Assembly: GCA_021778035.1 (NCBI GenBank)
Contig: JAJYCY010000002.1
Coordinates: 12,580 to 76,579, forward strand
Direction of reading: 5' to 3'
Length of the DNA stretch: 64,000 nt
Origin: Pseudomonadota bacterium
Lineage (GTDB): Bacteria > Pseudomonadota > Gammaproteobacteria > Acidiferrobacterales > UBA6901
Positions 1 through 9,081 of this stretch are shown piece by piece; the stretch's first letter is position 1; each line of letters opens with the position of its first letter. The position numbers and the translations under genes were made by a program. The notes below the pieces were generated by a model, which saw only the letters and a program-made list of their open reading frames with translations, did not search any database and was not told where the DNA came from.

Positions 1-236
1 GCTCCCGGCACTGATCACGCTACTGTAACCCTTGCGGGGATTGTCGCGCCGCTCGGCGATGAGGTACTCGCCGCATGCGCGAGCGAGCTGCACGCCCGCC
101 TGCAGGGAGGCATCGGTACCGATCGTGTCTGCCACCTGTCCGTAGCCGGAAAGAAGGGCCACGGCCGCGATCGCGAGCACCACGATCACCATGATCAGCT
201 CGATGAGGGTGAAGCCATGCATGCCGCTTCGGGTCA
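1..236 (-). CDS. MSHA-type minor pilin (MshD-like slot), C-terminus cut by window edge
   Basis: The reverse translation starts MTRSGMHG|FTLIELIMVIVVLAIA, a prepilin class III leader plus hydrophobic helix. The ATG at 236-234 overlaps the upstream gene's stop (ATGA). It is the fourth pilin-like gene after mshE/G. Confidence 0.55.
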
Positions 237-752
237 TGGCATGGCCACCGTCACGAATCCGGTGATCGGTGCAACACTCACCGACCAGGTCGCACTGCCG
301 GCGGTGAGGGTATAGACCGTGGGCGCGGTGAGCAGCACCCCGGCTCCCGATACCGGCCTTCCCACGCTGTCGAGGCCGAGCACGGCTCCGGAAAGCGTGA
401 CCCCGTAGGCCAGCGCTACGGTAAAGGGTGATCCGGTGGCAGGGTCAGTCACCGGCGCCCCGCCACCACCGTTGCAGGGAGCGGCAGTGCCGGTGGCACA
501 GGAGACGCTGTAGCCGCTGGCTGAGGGGGTGAGTGCCAGAGTCTGCCCCCAGGTCATGGCGAGCATCTGCGCATGCCGGATGCTGCGGGCCAGCAGCTCG
601 CCCTGGTAGGGCGCGGTCGCACCGGTCGCATTCCAGCGGCTCGCCACCACTGCCGCGAGCACCCCGGCGATCACCAGTATGACGACTAGCTCAACAAAGG
701 TAACACCACGCTGCCGCACCGGGACCGGGGTGATGGCGATCTGGTCGGACAT
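234..752 (-). CDS. MSHA-type minor pilin (MshC-like slot)
   Basis: 172 aa. The N-terminus (RQRG|VTFVELVVILVIAGVLAAV) is prepilin-like. It sits directly after the major pilin gene. Confidence 0.6.
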   Translation of the reverse strand: MSDQIAITPVPVRQRGVTFVELVVILVIAGVLAAVVASRWNATGATAPYQGELLARSIRHAQMLAMTWGQTLALTPSASGYSVSCATGTAAPCNGGGGAPVTDPATGSPFTVALAYGVTLSGAVLGLDSVGRPVSGAGVLLTAPTVYTLTAGSATWSVSVAPITGFVTVAMP

Positions 753-787
753 GGCATCCTCCTCAAATCAGGATCGCGTGGCGTCGG

Positions 788-821
788 AAAAAAAGCGGGG
801 TGCTTAGCACCAGCACCCCGC
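788..821 (-). terminator. Rho-independent terminator/attenuator after the major pilin gene
   Basis: On the minus strand: GCGGGGTGCT-GGTGCTA-AGCACCCCGC (10-bp perfect stem) followed by TTTTTTT. It lies 53 nt after the stop of the 874..1320 pilin gene. Confidence 0.7.
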
Positions 822-873
822 CGGGGACTGCTTGATGCTGGCCGCTGCGCGGGGCGCAGCAGCCAGACAGGTA

Positions 874-1320
874 TCAGCAGTTGCTGTCCGTCAGCCCGTA
901 GGTGGGGTCGAGCCCCGCACCGGTCGATGCGGCATAGGTCGCTTCGCAGCTGGCCGGCACCGAGGCGTTGGCCATCTCGACCGCGGCGGGCGGACCGGCC
1001 GTGATGGTGAAATCCGATGCCGGCTGGAGCGTCATGGCATTGGTGAGGTCGGTGAGCGACGCAGCAAAGCCATAAGCCGTATTGACAACCACGCCATTGA
1101 TGGTGACCGAGCCAGTCGCGCCCATCTGTCCAGAGGTGGCGGCGAGCGCGTAGATCTGCGCATTGGCGGCACGCATGCTGCCCGCGACACCCTCGATGAC
1201 CGAGGTCCGGGCGGAGCCGCCGAGATTCACGAACTTCGGCAGCGCGACCGCGGCCAGGATCCCGAGGATCACGATCACCATCACCAGCTCAATCAGGGTA
1301 AAACCACTCTGCTTCTTCAT
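874..1320 (-). CDS. mshA: Type IV (MSHA-type) major pilin
   Basis: 148 aa. Starts MKKQSG|FTLIELVMVIVILGILAAVALPKF. It occupies the operon slot after mshB and is followed by a strong terminator, as is typical of major pilin genes. Confidence 0.7.
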   Translation of the reverse strand: MKKQSGFTLIELVMVIVILGILAAVALPKFVNLGGSARTSVIEGVAGSMRAANAQIYALAATSGQMGATGSVTINGVVVNTAYGFAASLTDLTNAMTLQPASDFTITAGPPAAVEMANASVPASCEATYAASTGAGLDPTYGLTDSNC

Positions 1321-1380
1321 GACATCACTCCCGTTTCGTCGAATTGAATATCGTCTGCCGGATTGCAGTCCGGCGGTTAT

Positions 1381-1845
1381 CTAACAGCCCGTCGTCGTCA
1401 CTGCAACCACCCCGATGATGTTCGCCCCGGGATTCTCGGTATAGGTCACGTAGCAGTTCGTGCGCAGCGTGAAGGTCGCAATATTGGTCCCGTACGTGGT
1501 GACATAGCCGGAAATCGGTGCCGCATTGCTCGCCGCCTGCAGGGCATTGCCGATGCCGAGCGCCGTGGCCAGCGGGATACCTCCATCGTTGGTACCGGTA
1601 TTCACGGCAACGGTCGTGCCGTCGAGCATCGTCACGGGTGAAGTCGTCATGTTGTTGGCGATGTACTCCGACTGCACCACGGCCACCGCCGAGCGCAGTC
1701 CGCCGGCCACGCCATTGACGCTCGCGATGCGCGCCGACGTGCCGAGATTCACGTAGCGCGGCAGGGCGATTGCCGCCAGCACACCGAGAATGATGATCAC
1801 GATCACCAGTTCGATCAGGGTAAAACCCGTCTGCCGAGTTCTCAT
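1381..1845 (-). CDS. Type IV (MSHA-type) pilin MshB-like
   Basis: Starts MRTRQTG|FTLIELVIVIIILGVLAAIALPRY. The ATG at 1845 overlaps the upstream stop (TGATG). It is a paralogue of the neighbouring pilin. Confidence 0.7.
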   Translation of the reverse strand: MRTRQTGFTLIELVIVIIILGVLAAIALPRYVNLGTSARIASVNGVAGGLRSAVAVVQSEYIANNMTTSPVTMLDGTTVAVNTGTNDGGIPLATALGIGNALQAASNAAPISGYVTTYGTNIATFTLRTNCYVTYTENPGANIIGVVAVTTTGC

Positions 1846-2510
1846 CACTGTCTCCAATTCAGCGTATCCATCAATTTGTTCGTCAATCCGGCCAGGCCGG
1901 CAAATGGCGACATAGTGCGCCTCGCTCCCCAGCGGTAAGGCGCCACCGCCACCAGCACCGCGCCGGTCGCATCGTCAGGTGCGTGCCGGGCCTGCGTCAC
2001 CCGGATCACGAATCCCGCCCGGGCGGGCGGTCCCAGCCCGCCGCGGAAAAAATCCTGGTTCCGTACCTGGTAAACCAGCATCCGGCTGGCCCGGTCGAAG
2101 TACCAGTGACCCCCGGCGATCCGTGCCGGATCCGCTTCATCGAAGACCCCGAGGTAGTTCTTCGGGGTCTCCGCCAACACCCGCATCGGATTGCTGCCCG
2201 CCAGGCGGTTCAGGTCCGCGGTGTCGTCGTGCACTAGATCCGATGCAACTGTCATGCCAAGTGCGCTGCGCAGCGATCCCAGCACCTGCGCCATGGCGGT
2301 CGCTTCGGCCTCTTCCTGGAGGATCCACAGCCGGTCCACCGCCACCGCCAGCAGCACGGCAATGACCGTGAGAATGATCACGAATTCCAGCTGCGTGAAC
2401 CCGCGCCCGCGCAGTGGTTTGCCGCAAGCCCGCTCCCTGGGCACGGTGCCCGGCGTCCGCGGAACGCCTCGGCTACGCAACATCATTAAAACCGTAGCCA
2501 TATAAAGCAC
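1845..2510 (-). CDS. MshF-like pilus biogenesis protein with pseudo-prepilin N-terminus
   Basis: Contains RGRG|FTQLEFVIILTVIAVLLAV. It lies between the platform protein gene and the pilin genes, as mshF does in the MSHA operon. The start codon is uncertain. Confidence 0.45.
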   Translation of the reverse strand: MLYMATVLMMLRSRGVPRTPGTVPRERACGKPLRGRGFTQLEFVIILTVIAVLLAVAVDRLWILQEEAEATAMAQVLGSLRSALGMTVASDLVHDDTADLNRLAGSNPMRVLAETPKNYLGVFDEADPARIAGGHWYFDRASRMLVYQVRNQDFFRGGLGPPARAGFVIRVTQARHAPDDATGAVLVAVAPYRWGARRTMSPFAGLAGLTNKLMDTLNWRQ

Positions 2511-2575
2511 TTCTAAAACTGTAGATTACGGCTGAAAGCTTATCCAGTAGTTGATGGTCACTGTAACGCATCGCG

Positions 2576-3811
2576 TCAGTGTCCCATGGCAGCGCGCGCC
2601 AGATCCCACATGGGCAGAAAGACCCCGAGCGCGAGGACCAGCACGATCACGCCGATGATGGCGATCAGGATCGGCTCGATCGCCGTATTCAGGCTGCGCA
2701 GGTCGTAGTCGACCTCGCGCTCGTAGTAGTCGGCCACCTCGGTGAGCAGTGAGTCGAGCGCTCCCGATTCCTCGCCGACCGCGATCATCTGCACCACCAG
2801 GGGCGGGAACAGGCCGGTAGCCGTGGCACAACGGGTAATGCTTTCGCCACGCTCGACGCCGTCGCGCATCTGCCCGATACGCTCGCCCACAAAGTCGTTA
2901 TCCACTGCGCGGCTGACGACCGACATGCCCTGGACAAGCGGCACGCCGGCCTTGAGGGTGGCTGCCAGGGAACGCGAAAATCGTCCCAGGGTGGCGGAAT
3001 AGAGGATCCGGCCAATCACTGGAGTCCGCAGTTTCATCCTGTCCCAGCGGTAGTGTCCATCCGGCGTGCGCAGATAACCGCGCACTGCAAGCGCCACGCA
3101 AGCCGCCGCGACCAGCAGCACCACCCAGCTGTGCACCATGAAATGCGAGGTCGCGATGAGCAGTCGCGTCGCCCACGGCAGTCGGGCGTGAAAACCGGCA
3201 TAAACCCGCGCAAACGAAGGAATCACGAAGATGTTGATGATGAACAGCGCCACGGTGATGGCGAACACCACGATCGACGGGTAGCGTACAGCCTGCTTGA
3301 TGCGGGCACGCGTATCCTTCTCCCGGTCGAGATAGGCGGCCAGCTGCTGGAACGCCTCGGGAAGATTGCCGGTGGTTTCGCCTACCTGGACCATGCTCAC
3401 GAACAGGCTGGAGAAGATCTGCGGGTGCCGCCGGACCGCGCCGGTGAGATCCATACCCGCATCGAGGCTCTCGCTGATCTTTCCGATCACCTCGGCCAGC
3501 GCCGGATTGCGGGTCGAATCGCGCAGCCCCCGCAGACTCTGCATGATCGGAACGCCGGCCCTGAGCAGGGTATACATCTGCCGGCAGAAGAAGATGAGGT
3601 CGGTGATCGCGACCCGGCCCGCATTGAGGCGTCCGGCCAGACCTTTAAGCCCGCCGAACACGTCGGCGACCGCCGCTGCCGGCCGGATGTCGATCGGCGT
3701 GATACCGTTACTGAACAGCTGGTTGGCAACTGCCTCGTCCGAAGCTGCCTCGATACGGCCATGCACCGCCTCGCCACGGCGGTTGCGTCCGGAGTAATGG
3801 AAATGGGCCAT
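2576..3811 (-). CDS. mshG: Type IV pilus/T2SS inner-membrane platform protein (GspF/PilC family, MshG-like)
   Basis: 411 aa with the duplicated GspF-domain architecture and three hydrophobic segments. It immediately follows the ATPase gene. Confidence 0.85.
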   Translation of the reverse strand: MAHFHYSGRNRRGEAVHGRIEAASDEAVANQLFSNGITPIDIRPAAAVADVFGGLKGLAGRLNAGRVAITDLIFFCRQMYTLLRAGVPIMQSLRGLRDSTRNPALAEVIGKISESLDAGMDLTGAVRRHPQIFSSLFVSMVQVGETTGNLPEAFQQLAAYLDREKDTRARIKQAVRYPSIVVFAITVALFIINIFVIPSFARVYAGFHARLPWATRLLIATSHFMVHSWVVLLVAAACVALAVRGYLRTPDGHYRWDRMKLRTPVIGRILYSATLGRFSRSLAATLKAGVPLVQGMSVVSRAVDNDFVGERIGQMRDGVERGESITRCATATGLFPPLVVQMIAVGEESGALDSLLTEVADYYEREVDYDLRSLNTAIEPILIAIIGVIVLVLALGVFLPMWDLARAAMGH

Positions 3812-3825
3812 GATGGCTGCGCCCC

Positions 3826-5541
3826 TTACTCCTCCAGGCCGAAGGTCGCACGCAACACCTGGTCCATGGTGGTCAACCCGCGTGCGGCAAGATCGATCGC
3901 GCTGCGCCTGAGGCTGAGGAATCCGGGCTGCGCCCGGGCGGCCACGGCGAATGCCAGTGGATCGGCGCGGTGCAACGCCGCGAGCAGGCTGTCATCCATC
4001 TCCAGCAGCTCGTAAATGCCGATGCGCCCGCGATAACCGGAATGATTGCAGTACGTGCAGCCGCGGCCACGGCGGAACTCCAGCCCGTCGGCCGACCGGC
4101 CGAGTTCCTGCTCAACCAGCACACGCAGCCCAGGTTCCAGGGCGGACGGCTCGGAACAGCTCTCGCAGATGCGCCGCAGCAGGCGTTGCGCCAGGATCCC
4201 GCGCAGACTGGCGGCAATCAGGAACGGTGCCGCGCCCATGTCGAGCAGGCGCGCGGGCGTGGACACGGCATCGTTGGTGTGCACCGTCGACAGGACCAGG
4301 TGGCCGGTCATGGCAGCGCGTAGTCCGATTTCGGCGGTTTCCTGGTCGCGCATCTCGCCGACCAGCACGATATCCGGGTCCTGACGCAGCACCGAGCGCA
4401 GCACGCGGGCGAAGGTCAGGTCGATGCGGCTGTTCACCTGTACCTGGTTGATGCCCGGAAGCCGGTACTCGATCGGATCCTCGACTGTGATGACCTTCAG
4501 GGCCGGCTTGTTCAGTTCGCGCAGCGCGCCATACAGAGTAGTGGTTTTGCCGCTACCGGTGGGTCCGGTGACGAGCACCATGCCATGCGGGCTGTGGATC
4601 ATCCTGCGGAAACGGGCAAGCTGCGCCTCGGGCATGCCGAGCTGGCTGAGATCGAGCACGCCCGTAGTCTGGTTGAGCAGCCTCATCACCGCCGATTCGC
4701 CGTACTGCACCGGCAGGGTCGACAGACGCACATCCACGCTCTTGTCACGCACCCGCACGTTGAACCGTCCATCCTGGGGCAGACGCTTTTCCGAGATGTC
4801 GAGGCCGGCCATGAGTTTCAGGCGTGACAGCAGTGCGCTGGCGATGCGGCGTTCGGCAGTGGTCTGCACACGCAGCACACCGTCGAGGCGGAAGCGGATC
4901 CGCAGATCGTGTTCATCGGGTTCGATATGGATGTCCGAGGCATTGACCTGGACTGCATCCTCGAACATGGTCTGGAGCAGCCGGACCACCGGCGCATCGG
5001 TCAGGCTCGCGGATCCGCCAAGCTGGCCCAGATCCACGTCGTAAGCTGACATCTCCTGGTCCAGTTCCTGGGCAAGGCCGCTGATCTCCTCGGTATGGCG
5101 ATACATGAGGTCGATGGCTTTCAGCAGACTCGATTCGCGCACCACCGCCAGCTGCAGCGGCCGGCGCAGCACCCGCGCAAGCTCGTCGTACGCGAAAATA
5201 TCGGTCGGATCGGCCATGCCGACCAGCAGGCTTTCACGGCCTTCCTCGAGCGCCAGAGCCCGGAAACGGCGTGCATGGGTCTCCGGAATGAGGCGCACAA
5301 TCTCGGGATTGAGGTGGTAGCGCATGAGGTCGATGTATGGAATGTTGAGCTGCCGCCCGAGAAAATCCAGCAGCTGGTCTTCGGTCAGATACCCGTTTTC
5401 GATCAGCACGCGTCCAAGCTTGCGCCCGCTCTTTTTCTGCTCCGCGAGAGCGGTGTCGAGCTGTTCGCGCGAGATGATCCGGTGCTCGATGAGCAGATCC
5501 CCGATCCGGATCTTCTTCGGCCTGGCGGTAACCGCTGACAT
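3826..5541 (-). CDS. mshE: Type IV pilus assembly ATPase MshE (GspE family) with N-terminal c-di-GMP-binding MshEN domain
   Basis: Walker A GPTGSGKTTT. A C-terminal tetracysteine (CESC...CTYCNHSG). The N-terminus has two tandem 24-residue motifs, RIGDLLIEHRIISREQLDTALAEQ and KLGRVLIENGYLTEDQLLDFLGRQ. I chose the start at the internal ATG (MSAVTARPKK) rather than the ORF-track start at 5619. Confidence 0.9.
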   Translation of the reverse strand: MSAVTARPKKIRIGDLLIEHRIISREQLDTALAEQKKSGRKLGRVLIENGYLTEDQLLDFLGRQLNIPYIDLMRYHLNPEIVRLIPETHARRFRALALEEGRESLLVGMADPTDIFAYDELARVLRRPLQLAVVRESSLLKAIDLMYRHTEEISGLAQELDQEMSAYDVDLGQLGGSASLTDAPVVRLLQTMFEDAVQVNASDIHIEPDEHDLRIRFRLDGVLRVQTTAERRIASALLSRLKLMAGLDISEKRLPQDGRFNVRVRDKSVDVRLSTLPVQYGESAVMRLLNQTTGVLDLSQLGMPEAQLARFRRMIHSPHGMVLVTGPTGSGKTTTLYGALRELNKPALKVITVEDPIEYRLPGINQVQVNSRIDLTFARVLRSVLRQDPDIVLVGEMRDQETAEIGLRAAMTGHLVLSTVHTNDAVSTPARLLDMGAAPFLIAASLRGILAQRLLRRICESCSEPSALEPGLRVLVEQELGRSADGLEFRRGRGCTYCNHSGYRGRIGIYELLEMDDSLLAALHRADPLAFAVAARAQPGFLSLRRSAIDLAARGLTTMDQVLRATFGLEE

Positions 5542-5643
5542 GGGTTCGACCTCGCCGGCAACAGCCGGCCCGTTACAGACTTGATGGCATCTGTAGCTAA
5601 ATGTAGTTAAGGTTGGCACAAAAGCTACCCAGGCATCTGCAAA

Positions 5644-6132
5644 ATGTGCGCCAATTCAGACAGCCAGGCGTCAGCGCTGCTGCACGTTGTGCTGTACCAC
5701 CCTGAAATCCCGCCGAATACCGGCAACATCATCCGGCTATGTGCCAACACCGGCGCCGAACTGCATCTTATTGAGCCGCTGGGATTCGAGCTGGATGACC
5801 GGCGCCTGCGGCGGGCCGGTCTGGACTATCATGAATGGGTCAGGGTGCGCCGCTATCCGGGCCTCGAGGAATTCCTCGCGGAAATCCGGCCACCACGGCT
5901 CTATGCGTTCTCGACGCGCGGGCAACGGTCCTATGCGGACGTCGGTTACAGCCGCGGCGACGCCCTCCTGTTCGGCCCCGAAACGCGCGGACTGCCAGCT
6001 GATTTGCTCGGGACCTTCCCTGAGGAACACCGCCTGGTTCTTCCCATGCGGCCTGGCGTCCGCAGTCTGAATCTGTCGAATACCGTGGCGATAGCAGTCT
6101 ACGAGGCCTGGCGGCAGATGGGATTCGGGTAG
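5644..6132 (+). CDS. trmL: tRNA (cytidine/uridine-2'-O)-methyltransferase TrmL (SpoU/TrmH family)
   Basis: The stretch LHVVLYHPEIPPNTGNIIRLCANTGAELHLIEPLGF closely matches the E. coli TrmL/YibK N-terminus. 162 aa. Confidence 0.9.
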   Translation: MCANSDSQASALLHVVLYHPEIPPNTGNIIRLCANTGAELHLIEPLGFELDDRRLRRAGLDYHEWVRVRRYPGLEEFLAEIRPPRLYAFSTRGQRSYADVGYSRGDALLFGPETRGLPADLLGTFPEEHRLVLPMRPGVRSLNLSNTVAIAVYEAWRQMGFG

Positions 6133-6151
6133 GACCAGCCAAAGCCGAGGA

Positions 6152-7168
6152 TCAGGTTTTTTCTTCTTTCGGTTCGCGCCGCAGCAGCGCCGCCACCGCA
6201 TCCTGTGGCGCGACCCCTTCGAACAGCACCCTGCAGACCTGCTCGGTAATCGGCATGTCCACACCCAGGCGTCCGGCCAGGGACCGCACCTCGCGCGCGG
6301 TGCCCACGCCTTCTGCCACCTGCCCCAGGGCGGCAAGCGTCGCACCCAGCGCATCTCCCCGTCCGAGCGCAAGCCCGACCCGGCGATTGCGGGACTGGTC
6401 GTCCGTACACGTGAGGACCAGATCGCCCATCCCGGCCAGACCCATGAAAGTCTCGGGACTGGCACCCATCGCCTTACCCAGCCGGCCGATCTCGGCAAGT
6501 CCCCGGGTGATCAGTGCCGCGCGGGCGTTGGCGCCAAGCCCAAGCCCGTCGCTGATGCCGGTGGCAATGGCCATCACGTTCTTGACAGCTCCACCCAGCT
6601 GCACACCTACGAGGTCGTGGCTCGTATAGACACGCAGATGGTCGTTGCGCAGCCACGTAGCGATGGTCTCGGCAGTCTGCAGATCCGCGGATGCCACGGT
6701 CATCGCAGCCGGCAGGCCGCGCCCGACCTCGCGTGCAAAGGTCGGACCCGATATCACTCCCGTGTGCCGCCGGACCCCGAGCATCCTGCCGCAGACTTCA
6801 CTCAGCAGCCTGCCCGATCCGGGTTCCAGACCCTTGGTGGCAGTCGCCACGATCGCGTCCGGGCGCGCGTGGGCCGCCACAACCTCGACTGTCGCGCGGA
6901 ATGCCTCGCTCGGAACGGCAATCAGGAAGCGGCTGCATTCCCGCGCCAGCTCGGGGAGATCTTCGCGCAGAAACAGCTTTTCGGGGAAAGATATGCCGGG
7001 AAGGAAACGGTCATTGCTGCGGTCGTGGGCGATGCGAGCCATGCGTGCCGCATCATGCCCCCACAGAAAACTGCGATAGCCGTTGCGCGCCAGCACCACC
7101 GCGAGCGCTGTGCCCCAGGAGCCGGCGCCCAAGACCGCAATACCGCAATCGGTCGTCGATTGGCCCAT
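6152..7168 (-). CDS. gpsA: NAD(P)H-dependent glycerol-3-phosphate dehydrogenase
   Basis: Has the IAVLGAGSWGTALA Rossmann motif, is 338 aa, and sits in the conserved secB-gpsA arrangement. Confidence 0.95.
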   Translation of the reverse strand: MGQSTTDCGIAVLGAGSWGTALAVVLARNGYRSFLWGHDAARMARIAHDRSNDRFLPGISFPEKLFLREDLPELARECSRFLIAVPSEAFRATVEVVAAHARPDAIVATATKGLEPGSGRLLSEVCGRMLGVRRHTGVISGPTFAREVGRGLPAAMTVASADLQTAETIATWLRNDHLRVYTSHDLVGVQLGGAVKNVMAIATGISDGLGLGANARAALITRGLAEIGRLGKAMGASPETFMGLAGMGDLVLTCTDDQSRNRRVGLALGRGDALGATLAALGQVAEGVGTAREVRSLAGRLGVDMPITEQVCRVLFEGVAPQDAVAALLRREPKEEKT

Positions 7169-7208
7169 ACGTGAATCCGGTACCGGCAGCGGCGCACGCC
7201 GCCGCGGC

Positions 7209-7670
7209 TCAGTGGCTTACAGGCTGGCCGTTGGCTGCGAGTTTCTGCTGGTACAGCAGCTCGAAATTCACCGGGTTGATCAGCAGCTGCGGGAAGCCCC
7301 CCTTGCCGACCAGGTCGTTGATGACTTCACGGGCAAACGGCAGCAGGATGTTGGGGCAGCCGATCTCGATCACCATGGGCATCTCGTCGCTGGCGATCCC
7401 GGCAATGCGGAACAGTCCGCCCTGCTGGACCTCCGCAAGAAACAGGGTCCGGTCCTGCAGTTTTGCCGTAACCGTCACACTCAGGACGACTTCATGCAGC
7501 CCTTCTTCGGTGGAAAGCTGGCTGTGCGCGATCTGGAGCTGGATCCCGACCTCCGGCACCTTCTGCTCGAGAAACGCTTGCGGCACGCTGGGCGCCTCGT
7601 ACGAGATGTCCTTGACGTAGATCTTCTCCACGTTCAGGGACGGACCCTGGGTCTGGTTTGAGTCTGCCAT
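7209..7670 (-). CDS. secB: Protein-export chaperone SecB
   Basis: 153 aa. Contains LNVEKIYVKDISYEAPSVPQAF and an acidic tail. It follows grxC and precedes gpsA, as in E. coli. Confidence 0.95.
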   Translation of the reverse strand: MADSNQTQGPSLNVEKIYVKDISYEAPSVPQAFLEQKVPEVGIQLQIAHSQLSTEEGLHEVVLSVTVTAKLQDRTLFLAEVQQGGLFRIAGIASDEMPMVIEIGCPNILLPFAREVINDLVGKGGFPQLLINPVNFELLYQQKLAANGQPVSH

Positions 7671-7780
7671 GGCAGTTCCTGTCTGGTAAGGTGAAATCGG
7701 TGCGGAACGTCAGTCCGCCGTCATGTGGTGTCCCGGCCCGGCGCAGGATGCACGTCCGCCGAAACCGCGCCGGCTGCCGT

Positions 7781-8050
7781 TCAGGACCGCGATCCGAGCA
7801 GCGCGTCGAGCTTGCCGCTGCGATCAAGCTCCGCCAGATCCGTAAACCCGCCGACATGCGTCTGGCCGATGAAGATCTGCGGCACCGTGGTTCGGCCCGT
7901 TATCCGCACCATTTCCACGCGCTGTTCCGGCAATTCGTCCACATGGATCTTCTCGGCCTTGACGCCTTTGCGCTCGAGCAGCTGGTCGGCCATCGTGCAG
8001 TATGGGCAGATACGCGTGCAGTACATCAGGACTCTGGCTGTTTCACCCAT
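7781..8050 (-). CDS. grxC: Glutaredoxin 3
   Basis: 89 aa from the internal ATG at 8050. CPYC active site (MYCTRICPYCTMA), plus TVPQIFI and GGFTDL motifs. Confidence 0.9.
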   Translation of the reverse strand: MGETARVLMYCTRICPYCTMADQLLERKGVKAEKIHVDELPEQRVEMVRITGRTTVPQIFIGQTHVGGFTDLAELDRSGKLDALLGSRS

Positions 8051-8057
8051 GTGGACC

Positions 8058-8477
8058 TCACTTCTCGGTAGGCAGATTTTCGTTCTGCCAGGCAAGGATC
8101 CCGCCGGCCAGGATGTGCACCGACCGGAAATCGTGTCTGCGCAGTGCCATGGCAGCCTTGGCGGAACGCTGGCTGGTGCGGCAGCTGATGACCAGCGGCC
8201 GGTCCCGGAACTTCTCGATCTCGCCCATCCGCGAGCGCAGGCTGCCCAGCGGAATGTTGATCGCGTTGGGTATGTGTCCGCTCCGGAATTCATCCGGCTC
8301 CCGGACATCGATGATCAGCGCCGAGTCATGGTTGACCATGCGCACGGCCTGGCTGACCGGTACCGATCTGACTCCATGGATGGCCTGGTTGAGCGGAGCA
8401 GCAACCAGCAGGAAGAGCACGACCACCAGCGCAACGAAAAGATACCAGTTGTGGATGACGAACTGCGTTAACGGCAT
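8058..8477 (-). CDS. Membrane-anchored rhodanese-domain sulfurtransferase (YibN-like)
   Basis: N-terminal TM helix (WYLFVALVVVLFLLVAA). The rhodanese fold has the active-site loop ISCRTSQRS. Its position upstream of grxC-secB-gpsA equals the E. coli yibN slot. Confidence 0.85.
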   Translation of the reverse strand: MPLTQFVIHNWYLFVALVVVLFLLVAAPLNQAIHGVRSVPVSQAVRMVNHDSALIIDVREPDEFRSGHIPNAINIPLGSLRSRMGEIEKFRDRPLVISCRTSQRSAKAAMALRRHDFRSVHILAGGILAWQNENLPTEK

Positions 8478-8578
8478 TGAAGATTCCCGATGGATGCTGC
8501 TGAAGTCCTGTGGATCCGATAACGTCCCGCAGAACGGTTCACATCACGCGCCACGCGTACCGGCAGCAGGCAGCGACA

Positions 8579-8911
8579 TCACTCCCCGTCAAACCTGCTG
8601 CAGAATGCGGCACGCATCGCACCGATGAGATTAATGATTTCCGGTTCGGCGATCCGGTAGTATACCTTGTTGGCGTCCTTGCGCGACACCAGGATGCCTT
8701 TGTCCCTCAGGATCGAGAGATGTTGGGAAATGTTGCTCTGTGACGTACCCACGTGCTCGACGATTTCCTGCACGCTTACCTCGTTCAGGGCGCCCAGCAT
8801 GCACAGGATCTTCAGGCGCAACGGGTGGGCCATCGCTTTGAGCGAATTCGAGGCGTTGTAGATATCTTCCTCATTGGTGATCAGTCCCGCATGTTCGGCA
8901 GTAACGCTCAT
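8579..8911 (-). CDS. ArsR/SmtB-family transcriptional regulator, two-Cys SqrR/BigR/YgaV-like
   Basis: Winged HTH: HPLRLKILCML...VSVQEIVEHVGTSQSNISQHLSILRDKG. Cys37 and Cys104 are spaced 67 residues apart, close to the persulfide-sensing pair of SqrR/BigR. Start at ATG 8911, preceded by GAGGTGAGGTGAGG. Confidence 0.8.
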   Translation of the reverse strand: MSVTAEHAGLITNEEDIYNASNSLKAMAHPLRLKILCMLGALNEVSVQEIVEHVGTSQSNISQHLSILRDKGILVSRKDANKVYYRIAEPEIINLIGAMRAAFCSRFDGE

Positions 8912-9081
8912 AATCCTCACCTCACCTCGGTCGGAATTTGCCGTGGATACCCCACTGATCCCCCGTCCACCGCCATTGGCGACAAAAGAAACCGCTACAT
9001 GGCTGTCATTGTGTTGGAAACATTATACAATATTAGTTACTTTTAAAAGACTATAGATCCGTCCGGGTTAAACAAAAGGCG

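Noticed and set aside
3053-4015. Long ORFs antisense to or overlapping well-supported genes. Examples: 3053..4015(+), 5737..6498(-), 12418..13554(-), 18670..20253(-), 29977..31281(+), 40543..42105(-), 49424..50860(+), 51645..52895(+), 61694..62731(-).
   Set aside because: They are typical shadow ORFs of GC-rich DNA. The translations are Arg/Pro/Gly/Ala-rich and low-complexity, with no recognisable motifs. Each lies opposite a gene with strong family signatures.
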